Assembly: GCA_002633005.1 (NCBI GenBank)
Contig: NMRA01000107.1
Span: 479,727 to 536,067, forward strand
Direction: 5' to 3'
Source of the DNA: Phoronis australis
Lineage: Eukaryota; Animalia; Phoronida
DNA length: 56,341 nt
The notes below the pieces were generated by a model. The model was not told the origin of the DNA, made no database searches, and saw only the letters and a program-made list of their open reading frames with translations. Made by a program: the position numbers and the translations under genes. Shown here piece by piece: positions 11,001-23,000 of this stretch. The stretch's first letter is position 1, and every line of letters starts with the position of its first letter.

Positions 11001-14000
11001 TAGTGAAAAATCTTGTAGAGATTTTCCATACAATAACATTCCACTTGTACATTGCAGAATGTACAGCAGAAATAGTGGTAGTAGTATTATAGCAACAACT
11101 AGGACAATAATAACAATGATAATAACGATTACTGCAATAGTAATAACATGACTAATAGCGATATAATTGTACATTGCAGCGAGGTATTTCTGAACCGGTG
11201 TATCCCCAAGAACATCGGTAGTTTCGGCCAGAACGTCTCCAACAGCATTATTGGCTTCCTTTCCCAGTCCAACTTCATCTCACAAGTGTTCAGTGACTTG
11301 TTCTACGGCTGGAAGTACATTCTCATGTTATGCTTTGTTGCCCTGAGTAAGGCTATGATAACGTTTGTTAGTAATATGTGTCAAAGTAATTGTACAGCAC
11401 TTGCAGAGGTCAGTGACTGTTTTTGAGGCTAGATTTGTCACTCTAAACTTGATGCATTGTTAAGAGAAGTTGACAACTTTTAAGTCATTAAAGTAATTTT
11501 TGCACTTATGAACTAGAAAAGTCTGGAAGCAACTTTCAAAAAATGATGTTATCTTTAAGTTTTGGGTTCAGGTTGTTCGAGGTATTTCACTTTTCATTAC
11601 CTGTCTCCTTACTAATTTTATTCTGAAATTATTCACTTTTATCAGTGCTTACGACATTGCAACAACAAAATGAGCGTCGATTTGATATGAACATTACTCT
11701 CGAGCAAATGATATTCATCAAAACAATGTCTGGTTCATCAAAACAACGTCTTATTCATCAAAACAACATCTTATTCATCAAAACAACGTCTTATTCATCA
11801 AATGCACAAATGAACTGAACATTGTGATGAAGCTCTTCTTGACACATTTCAGTCATTGCTGGTATCCTGGTTGTCTTGATGCGCTTCTTGGCTTCAATTG
11901 TGGTCTACCTGATAGTTGTCATAGCTGCTTTAGGAAGTGTAGGTGAGTAGAAACAGCCCAACTTGTCATCCACTCTCAAGTGTACTCAGAAAAGATACTT
12001 CCTTTAAAATATTCTAATTCTTCAGCAGCCAGTGACCTCTTTTGTGAAACTTGTACTTGTTCCCCTTCTTTGTAGATCTTTTCTGAAGATGTCTTGACAA
12101 TTGTACTGTATGTTTTCTCAGCACGTGATTTGAATATGAAGCTTGTAATATTGACTTTTTGTGCTTTCCTCACTGCCATGAGCCTGGGTCATCTTTAACA
12201 TCAACTGACGACATATGCAAGATCAGCCTGCCGCCAATTAGAGCAAATGGAATGTCATGTTCAACAAAACTTTTATGAAGAAGGAAAATTTGCTGCCAAG
12301 ATACTCACATTCCTCAGCTGTGTGTTCTCCAGTCAGAGTGTACTCTTGATTGATTCATTTATATTAACTGTTAAAGCATAAGATTATTATTATTATTCAG
12401 CTGGTACAGCCTTCCTGTGGTGGACGTATGCCATGAAGAAACAGGCTATGGATGACCAGTACAACCAAAAGATACCCTTTCTCAAGATTGATATTGAGAG
12501 TGAGACCGCCTTCCTAGTCTACTCAATCATTGCCACTGTGCTCACGGTAATACGCTGGTGTTTTCCATTGGTGTCATATAAGTGACTCCATCTCCAATAC
12601 AATTTTTGTTTGCAGGCAGCTGTGATTGTGTGTTTGGATGTAGTAGGGAGCTTAAATTTTTAGGAAGTTTTCTTGGGTTTTGTGTGAGAGCATCCCAATA
12701 CTTTTGGTCATAAATCCAATCTTGTTATTATTAAGTGTAAGGTACTGATTTAGAGGCATTTAAAAATTTTATTGTTCTGAAAATTTTGACCATTATCTCA
12801 ATTTTTTTGTGAGAGACCTATTATATGAGAATTTAAACAGCTCAATAGAATATATCATTTTCTGCTGTCTGTTTGCGCAGCAATGTGGTGTTGAATACAA
12901 TGTCATTTTGCCATATTTCTCTATACAAATAACAGTTGATTGGTTTGAATTATATAAATGGCATTTCATAACATTTTGGTATAATCTCCAGATTTTGTAA
13001 CTACAACAAGCAGGTATTTGATAAACTAAGTGACAAATTCTATATGCCATTTTGGGCTTGGGGGTAACTAGTTTGCATAGTGGCTTACAATTTTGTGGAC
13101 GGTTGTAAATCTTGGGTATCCTTCATACTCAATAGACCTTTTGAAATTGAAATGCAAGGTCAGTGAAAGCAGTTCTTTGTGAACCCTGCTCTTATTCATA
13201 CAACACTGTCACAGCTTAACTGTGTAACCAAATACAGCTTAACAAAGGGTTTATGGTCCTGGTTGAGAATATAGTTGTTTTATTACTTCCTGCAAATTCT
13301 AAATAGTAGAGCCCAGAAAGCAACCATTATTGATATGTCATTCCCCTGATTATTTCACCATCAACCTCTTTTTCACTTGTGTTTATTTCTCCTCTTAGGT
13401 GATCCTGCTCATAGTGCTCATCGTTATGAGGAAGCGTATCGCCCTGGTGGTCACACTGTTCCACGAGGCGGGTAAATGCATTATCGCAGTGCCCACACTA
13501 CTCATACAACCCATCTGGACGTTCATATTCCTCATGTTATTCTTTGTCTACACCATTGGCATATTTGCATTTCTTGGCACAGCAGGTGAGTCTAGGCGCT
13601 TGCACTGTACAGAACGCCCTGCATGTTAATGGGAGTCATATTTAATTAACATTTTAAGTCCACAGAGACGTTCTTAAGCTGTGTTCACTTGGACAAGTAA
13701 TTGCAGTCCCATTTCACCCTTCTGTTTTAACACCCAGTAAATACAGGTTCATTGTCCACCTTTGTTCCCTATCTTGTGTGTACCCCTTATCAACCAATAG
13801 GCCCTCGCCAAGGGGATGTTTCTCTTTCAGTGTTTTGTCTTTGGGCTAAAAATTAGTCTAAGGATGGCTAAAAGTCGGAAAATTTCTCTTTCAACTGGAA
13901 GCGGAAGGACAGAAATCCATAGCCTACTCTGGAACAGACTAAAAGCCAATGTCAAAAGACAAAAAATCAACTTTGTATATAGACTCTTCAGGAGACATTT

Positions 14001-17000
14001 CTTAGGAGAGCACAACGTGTTTTGAAGGTGAACACCAGTCTGACCATACTCGTGTCTATTTTGAGGTAAAGCTGTTCCTGATAAGAGACAGCAGTTTGTC
14101 ACTTACGAGGCGCCCGCACTGGTGACCTACTTTTGGTGGTATCATCTGTTTGGCTCTATCTGGATGTACGAGTTCATTCTGGCCTGCCAACAGATGGCGA
14201 TAGCGGGCGCTGTAGCCACTTGGTACTTCACAAGGTAAGAACTTTGTGTTATGTGCACTGGTTTTACTACACCAGTCTCTTGACTCGTTATTGGCCGTTC
14301 AAATAGAAAGTGACATAACTTACAAACTAAGTCTTTTCGCATGAAACTACCAAGTTAACTAGTTCTGCTATTCTACTCTTTTGCAAGATAACTTTCTGTT
14401 GACCCCTAAATGTAATGAACATCTCAATGTTATCACATGAAGAATATAAATCGGTAAATAAAACAACAAGAATGGATCAACTGAAATTTGAAATTTTCGG
14501 ATGTAATAACTTCCTTTGTCAACAAAAACAGAAATAAAGTAAAATCAAACACAAAATGACAATAGTCCTTTTGCGAGTTTATAATAATAACGCGAGATTA
14601 TGTGAGACTTAACTGTGACGTCACGGGAAGTGGGGCAAAAGCTTGTCCTTCGGCCATTTGCCCAAACGGTAACAGAATGTATTCTGTTATTTTCTTCGAG
14701 TTGTTAGCCGTTTAGTTCGAAAAATGCCAAACAAGCATTGCTGTTATGGCAAATGAAATTCAGATTCGCACTACAATACGTTATATCGCGTTCTGTACTA
14801 ATTTCGTCCCGTGTATTTTATACGGGCGGTAGGCGAAATCCGCTCACTGATTAAGTTTTCACCTCGTCAAAAATACATTCTACACTTAAAATTATCACCT
14901 AGAAAGGCGCTTACTTTCTTCAGTGATCCTTTCTGCTTCCAAACATATCTTCGATGAAGCATAGCTACCGGAATTCAGGTGACTTTGGCGAAGAATTCTA
15001 ACTCCACTTTGTTGTTACTGTTAACTTTGACCGCGCGCGCGATAACCACAAAGTATTTCAACTGAGTCAGGGGAGTTTGAGGCGAAGGCTAGCGCGAGAC
15101 TGAGCGAAGCTCGAGACCTGGCGCGTGACAGTTGCAAAATAGCATGAGCAAATATTAAATGAAATTTGTAAGATTTGTGTCCCTTGGACTTTTTGTTCGT
15201 CAACAGGCGTGATTTCGCGTAACTTCCTCAAAATGGAGCCCAGTCAGAGAAGCACGAGCGAACCCCGAGTTTCATGGATATGTTCAAGTTATCTGCAGAC
15301 TAAATTGTGTCCATAGTCAGGGTATGCGTTAATTATAGCTCCATGTGCATATATGTATGTTTCATTGCATTTTATTTGCTGTATTTTGAAGTGAGTAACT
15401 TTTTATGGGGATACACTATCGCCCCTGTATTCCTGTGGCATTCAGGCCTTGACCGGGTTGAGTTCCAATTTCAGTCCGTTCACAGCTTCGCACAACATAT
15501 GAAGTTCACATTTTCTCCGTCCATTCACACTTNGTCAATTGTCATTTTGTGTTTGATTTTACTTTATTTCTGTTTTTGTTGACAAAGGAAGTTATTACAT
15601 CCGAAAATTTCAAATTTCAGTTGATCCATTCTTGTTGTTTTATTTACCGATTTATATTCTTCATTTCATGAAACAATAGTATCCGTGGGAGGATCTGGAT
15701 CGCCTTATTTAGTTTCAGATATATTTTCTACGAATGTTATCACACAAATGCACAGCTCATCACCACTCAGTTCCCGCAACATAACATTAGCCTTGTTGTG
15801 ACCACCTTGTAGGTTTTGACCACCCTGTAGGCTGTGACCACCCTGTAGGCTGTGACCACCCTGTAGGTTGTGACCACCCTGTAGGTTGTGACCACCCTGT
15901 AGGTTGTGACCACCCTGTAGGTTGTGACCACCCTGTAGGTTGTGACCACCCTGTAGGTTGTGACCACCCTGTAGGTTGTGACCACCCTGTAAGTTGTGAC
16001 CACCCTGTAGGCTGATCATGTTGTACACATTATATGTATACATTTGATGTTTAAGCTGTTGCTAAGAACTTGCAACGCGGCAAAATAACAAACAGTTTTT
16101 TGTTTTCTTTGTGAGAAATTTTTAAAATGAGAAAACGAACAAAAATAAGGCTGGTAACTCCTTCCTTGTCCAAATAAGGAGTTGAATACTGCCAGAAAAT
16201 GGAACAGTGTTTTCCACTTCACAAAACTACATGTCGTATCCATAGTTAATTGGATAAAATGTTAATTAGTTTAGGTAGTCAGATCTTCAAGATTGAGAAA
16301 AATTACTATTCTTGGCAATTCATTTGTCCAAAATAGCTGAAGAGTTTTGTCTACTGTATGTATTCTGTGGGGCAATTAATTAATCATGCAGGTAACTCTG
16401 CAAAAGGTCCGTGGGCATATGTATAGAAACCATGGGCATGTAGTTGGAAATACGTATGGAGACCCATTTTGGAGCAATAGTTTAACAGCATGTTGGTTTG
16501 CCAAAGTGAGTCGTAATTCCCTGAGTAGCCAGTACACCTACTTTGGACAGTCACAACATTGATGAAGAAATTATGTCTTTGTTCAGTATATGGCATGCCA
16601 TTTAACGCCGTACATATCAAAACTGAGGGCATTAAAGGGGCATTAGGGTCCAGAAAAAGGTTTTTCTGAGCTCAGTCCTAGTGCGTAATTGAAATTGAAA
16701 CTCCAATGTTCTGCTAGCAGAGCTAAATCCCTCTCGATAAATGTCAGAGTATTTTATTAGTTAATTGGTAAAGTCACTGGCTTTGACATCTACTGTCGGG
16801 CACAGAACGATGGGAATCGGCAATATGTAATGAAATGACCTAGTAAACAACTGATTTTGTTGTTTTATAACTTTGGCGGAAGCTAATAGTTAAGTAATTT
16901 TGAGGCGCAATAGCAAATTATAAAGAGCATTTTTCTCTCATAAAACCAGTAAGGCCTTGTGAATCATGCCATTTGTTTATTAACTTTTTCGCTCCGTCGC

Positions 17001-20000
17001 TGTGTGTGTCAAATAAAAACGAAGCTTAATAAAAACAGGACACACTTAACTTCAGCACGTTTGTTGCTTCTCTTACAAAATAAACTTTCCTAATGTTATC
17101 ACTGTACACAAGCTATCAAGTCCCTTAACTACACATATTAGTCCTCTGTTTTGCCCGTCTCGCTGGCTCTTTTTTCACACCCTGGTTCAGAATATACACC
17201 CAGCTTACATGTGGTATACTGGAAAGGTAAACAATGAATATACCATATATACCTGGAGTCTTTCAATTAGAAATTCAACGTGTTAACATTTACTCGTTTC
17301 TCTATGACCTTCACTTGCTGTATTGTCCTTCAGAGACAAGACAACCATCAGTTGTGCTGTAGGCAAGTCAGTGTGTCGACTCATCAGTCATCACATGGGT
17401 TCTGTTGCATGCGGTGCTTTCATCATCACTCTGGTCAAGTTCCCCAGATATGTTCTCATGTATATTCATGAAAAGTAAGTAGAAGTTGAACGTAATAGAG
17501 TTATTTTACGTTATTGTGATAATTATTGTCATAGATTTTGAATCAAAGACACATTGAAATATTGTCTTATACTTCAAATTGTCATTCTAAGTAGTTCTTT
17601 AAATTGTATAATTTCTAAAATTAATTATAACGTTTTGTATGAATATATAATTTTATAATCATAAGCTGGCGTGGAAATATACAATTATTTTTAAGTCTGG
17701 TCTGCACGTCACCTATTGGCCACATCACGTGACCTAAAAGATTTCAACTCCCCGACCAGGAATCAGACCCAGGACCTTTTGCTATCTGTGATGTGGCCAA
17801 TAGGTGGCGTACAGGCCAGACTTACTGTGATTTAGAATTTTAAAGGTTGTGCTAATGACTGAATAGACTTTTATGGGAATACATTGTTACCCGAAATTAA
17901 TTCAGTTTTCTTTGCCAGTTATGCAACAGTTGACAAGGGGTTTTGATTTTAGAATCTTTTTGTGTATACATTATGTGTAGTGACCAACACACATCATTAC
18001 ACTGACCGTTGCAGAACCAAGGGCAGTGCCAATGAGTGTGCCAAGTTCACTCTCAAGTGTTGCATGTGTTGTCTCTGGTGCCTAGAGAAGTGCCTCAAGT
18101 TCCTCAACCAGAATGCCTACACTGTTATTGGTAAGAACATGGTAGCCTGGTATGGTAACATGAACCATAACAACAACACTTGTATTAGTCATAGTGTTTG
18201 TGTAGTCAATATGTACACCATCGAATTGTGAAGTCATCATCTGACTCGACTGTCACAACAGTGAGGACCTTTTGCTGTATTTTAGGGAATTTCGTCAGCT
18301 GCAAATTTTCTTCAGTAGAGTTGTTGCTGTTGTTTTGGGTTGAAGGAAGGTTTTTATTCCACAAATTTAAACATGTTAGTGTTAGTGAACTGTGAAGTGT
18401 TTTTTTTTTATGAATACCAAATGTGAAACATAAATATCCACTGAGGGTACTTTCTTATCTAGTACTGTCTCCTGTTGTAGCTTCATCCACTGTTGGGTAA
18501 GACCTAAATTTAAATTTCAAGTTTTGTTATTGACATGCTTGGCAAGTTTCTGTTTATTTTTATATGCTTTTTATGCGCTCACACATACATAATGTGTGTG
18601 TGTGTCTTTAGCCATTATATATGTCTGGGCTTCCAACGCCGTTTGTCTGCCGTCTAATATACCAAACTGCTTAAGAACATTCATAAAGTTACACTGACAT
18701 GTTGTTATCAAAGAGAGGATGTGCAGGGCCATTTTCGAACGGATCTTACCACTGCTATGCCCCCTCAAGTGACAGTTTTAGTTTTTTGTGTCTTACCTTA
18801 TTATCTACCAACTGAAGTTTTTTGAAATGATCATCGTAGAATTTGGTAGACCTGTGTTTTCTTGTTAACAACAGCTTGGCTTATGATTACTTTTGGACAG
18901 ATCCATCTACTGTAGTTGTGCCCTCTTGTGGTAATTTTACATCTTTTTGGGTCTGCCCCTCTAACTCTCATGTCCCTTGGTGGAACTTTGTAAAAATGAA
19001 CACATCTTTCTTTAAGGAAGATAGACATCATCTGCCCAGTTTTATGCATCTCTGGTATATTCTCTGCCATCCAGTTACAATTTTAGTATTTCTGTCACCT
19101 CACTGTCATTGATTTGTAGACAGTTCAGCTACTCCTACCCCCTTAGTGGTAGTTTTTTATGTTTTTTTTTTCATTTGCCTCCTTTGTTGCCTTTAAAGGG
19201 GTAATTAGTTGGCATAGTGACTTAGAAGTTCACAAGTGGTACGTTGTAAGTCATGGGTATCCATTACATACAGTAGGCTTTTGAAATTGATATGCAAGGT
19301 CAATGAAAACAGTTCTCTGTGAACCCTGCTTTTAGCCATACAACTGTCGTAGTTGGACTGTGCAGCTATACACAGCTTAACAAAGGGTTTATGGTCCTGG
19401 CTGAGAAGATAATCATTTGATTATCCCCTATGGGTAGCTAAATAGTTGAGCCCAGAATGTCTACTACATTTGATGAAGGATCTTATAGAAATTTGGCAGA
19501 TAAGAGTTTTTCTAGGAGAGAACAGCACTTGTCCATTTTGATACAGCTGTAATGTGTGCTGTACCCTCTAATGGCAATTTTATTAGTTAGTATGTATTCA
19601 TTTTAGTATCCATCTCTATTTGCCAAACACCTTAAAGAATCACCATAGCATATGAGTTTTTATGAATTCAAGGTGAACATGGCTGCCTTCGATTATTGGT
19701 TGGATCCGACTGCTGCAGTGCCCCTAGTGTTGGTTACACTTTTCTTTTCATCATTCTCAATGTCTAAGAGGACCTCATTTGTTTCTTTTCAATGACTATC
19801 ACTGCCCCCTGTAGGCTCAGTTTTAAGTTCCCTAGTTTTGCTCACTCTAGTGTGTGGAAATGTTGGAAAAAATGAGCTCCTCTTTTATATTTGAAGCACA
19901 CGGTGGGCCCACATTAATGCTTTGTGTTACTCTTGTTATGTTTAGGTTAAGGAGTGAGCATTGTCCTGTGTTGTTTTTTTCATTAACCTCCAGCAAGTAA

Positions 20001-23000
20001 GACTTGAAGGGAGGTCAATATGGTGCCCTTAGTTTGTGTGCCAGGTAGTCAGGCACCAGATAAGTCAAAATCTTATCAAAATACTTTGATGAAAATTTTC
20101 AGTAAAGACTAGATTTGATTAAGAATGTTTTTTGATTTGATGAAAAAAATGTTTTTTGGATTATCCTTTATGATGCAAGCGTTCAAGTGTTTTAGTACAA
20201 AACAGTGAACAGATGGGTCATTTGGTTACATCAAAACATGCTCAGGCTTGATCATCCAATGGGAAGCTCAGACCTTCTGATGGGAAGTACGGGCCTTCTT
20301 ATGGGAAGGATGTACCCTCTAATGGGAAAGACTAACCTTCATATGGGAAGGTATCCTTTTTTGAGAAGGACGTATCTTCTTATGAGAAGCACAGACCTGA
20401 TAGGAAGGATGTACCTCTGATGGGAAGGATGGGCTTAGAAGGATAGGCCCAGAAGTGGAAAGTATGGATGAAAAATAGGAAGGATGGTGACATGAAAGTA
20501 ACACCATTGCTTGAATTGTTAACACGCCATTGAAATTTGCAGAAAATAGCATCTTTGAAGTAGACATTGTTAGCTGTACTATAGTAACTGTGTTGAATGA
20601 AGGTTGAGCTCATTATGTCCTTTTCAAGATTTGTATGGAAGTTTAATTCTCTAGTTTCTTTGTGTACTTATATCTTTCGTACTGTGGCAGCAAACTAAGA
20701 AAAAAATAGTATTTGACATGGGACATGACAGCGACATTGTCGTCTGCAATCTGAGATCGCAAAGTAAAAAACAAGAGCGGTCGGAGGAGCGACACTTGGC
20801 GGAATTAATCGAAAGGACAACAATGGGGACGACGACGACAATCATGACGATCAAGGCGGCAATAATGAATAACACGGTAACATTCATGTGACTAGCGAAA
20901 AAATCAAATAGAGAGCATATAATGAACTACAATAAAGAACAATAGATAGCGCAACATGACGGACGAGCCATGCTTTGTTCCCGCAATCCAAAATAGGTGG
21001 CACTATGTGACAGTCTGCAGAGCAAAGTTATGTTTACAATAGTATTTCGCCTGGAACTCCAGTCTACAGTACGACAGTGCTACCTGGGTCAGTCGGGGTC
21101 ACAACTCTCTGTTAACTTGTGCAGACATAACCAAAACAAAGTGAACTGAAAGCCAGCCAGCTGCGTGCTTGCCTAGGTGACCGAAGGAACAACGATATCC
21201 GAAAATCTCGAATAATTCAAAAAGTAGACGTCGTAGCGCAAAATGAAAAATAATTATCTTCTGAAAGCCTGTTCAAAATTCTGTCTAAAGTGGTAGTTTG
21301 GCAAAAATCCAAAAAAGTTTCGAGAAAATTGAAAATTTGCCGTTTTTTTTGAAATTCAAAGTCAAATAACTCGAAAACGGTAAGTCTGAGAAATATGCTC
21401 TCGCAGACTTTTTGAAAGGCCATACTTCAAGGAATCCACATGCAAAAATTCACGTCATTTACTCTTCCCATGAAAAATGCGACACCAGGCAGAGCGATTG
21501 AAACTGTGTGAACATGCGCCACAGCCGCCACCTTGAAAGTGACTTCCGGTTCAATAATTTTTTATAAAAGCTTATTAAACTCAACAAACACGTGACCAGT
21601 TTGAAAGTGATTGGTTTGCAAATGCGCCCCCTACAGGAGAAAACGTTTTTAGCCATATTTCGGGGTGCGCATGCGCCACGTCCAATATTTCCGCCATCTT
21701 TAACCGGAAGTCAATGATTTTCTGCAGTTGTAGCACATGCGTTCTAGTAAATTCGTACTGATTTTCAGCCATGTACGTCGAAAAATGCGGCCTCTACGAG
21801 CATTTGACTGTGAAATCGGATACAAAATGGCCACCACGTCTGCCATTTTGTATCCGATCATGACCAAAAACAATAGGCTTCTAGGACTTTCCGATCTACA
21901 CGTTGTGTGCAAATTTCGTGAAAATCGGACCAAAATTGCGACCTGTAGAGTGCGAACAAACAAAAAAAAAACTTGCTGTCAGACCAACATACTTGACGGA
22001 ATTCGAAGAATTCCGCCAACCAATGATCTGTCCTTCCTATCACAATCCCTGTCGTTCTCATTTCTTGCCCATCCATTACATTATCTGGTTCCATCTCTTC
22101 ATCTGTCTAAGCTTATATTATCAGGGTCCATCCCTCCCATCAAGTGTCCAAGCATGCATTGGCCCATCCTTCCCTTCATGTGTCTGAGCTTCTCATTATC
22201 GGGGTGTAGCCCTCCCATCATCTGTCCATGCTTGCAATATCTGGGTCCATCCCTCGCATCTGTCCATGCTTACATTATCTGGGTCCATCCTTCCCATCAT
22301 GTGTCCAAGCTTCATATTGGATGGTGAAGCCTGATGTTGGTGAAATTGGTTAGTGTACCACATGCACGCACTCTATTTGAAATACTTAGGCTGGTGGTTC
22401 ATAATTTATATTGAAAAATTTTATGAATTCTTATTCAGCTTTTCCTATGCATTCATATGATGTGATATAAATGGTTGATAAGAATTTATGTTAACAGTTA
22501 TTCATAATGCAAGGTTCATCATCAGTCATGGTAATTTATGTGGTGTCTTATCAGTGAGCAATGATGAATGATCAATGAGTGGTGGTCTGAATGGTGATCA
22601 GACTGATATCGGACTGATCATTATTTATCATTAGCCCGGTAGGAATTCAAATGAACAAAGATGTGGGTGAACGGACATGTCATGTCTGTACAATGTGTAA
22701 GATGTGTCAACAAATTTTAAAGCAGTTTCTCATGTGGATATAGGACACATGCAATGGTGCTGTAATGTCATGCTGGAACTGTGATTCATGTGCCTGTTTT
22801 GTAGTAGTTTACAAACTGTTTTGTTTTAGCTATCAATGGAACAAGCTTCTGTCCCTCAGCTAAAAAGGTGAGTTTGGAGACAGCATTGTTTGCATAATTA
22901 TGTGCAAAACTTTTAAAACCCTGATTTACTCCGTACAGTAATGTTCATTGTCAAAATTGCTAACTTTTGATTTAGACCTCTTTCAAAATTATTGTACTTG

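Noticed and set aside
10968-11174. Hydrophobic minus-strand ORF; same for 20651..20887
   Set aside because: The Ile/Val runs come from degenerate AAT/AAC/GAC triplet repeats.
15705-16043. ORFs with LQGGHN / VVTTYR repeats
   Set aside because: Translations of the 18-bp minisatellite inside a CTL1 intron.
21737-22327. 196-aa ORF
   Set aside because: It spans a repeat element end and a 39-bp tandem array, with no recognisable domain.
22561-22617. Possible intronic box C/D snoRNA (ATGATGA...CTGA...CTGA)
   Set aside because: No convincing terminal stem, the region is TGA-rich low complexity, and I could not match a guide to rRNA. A snoscan or Infernal run would settle it.
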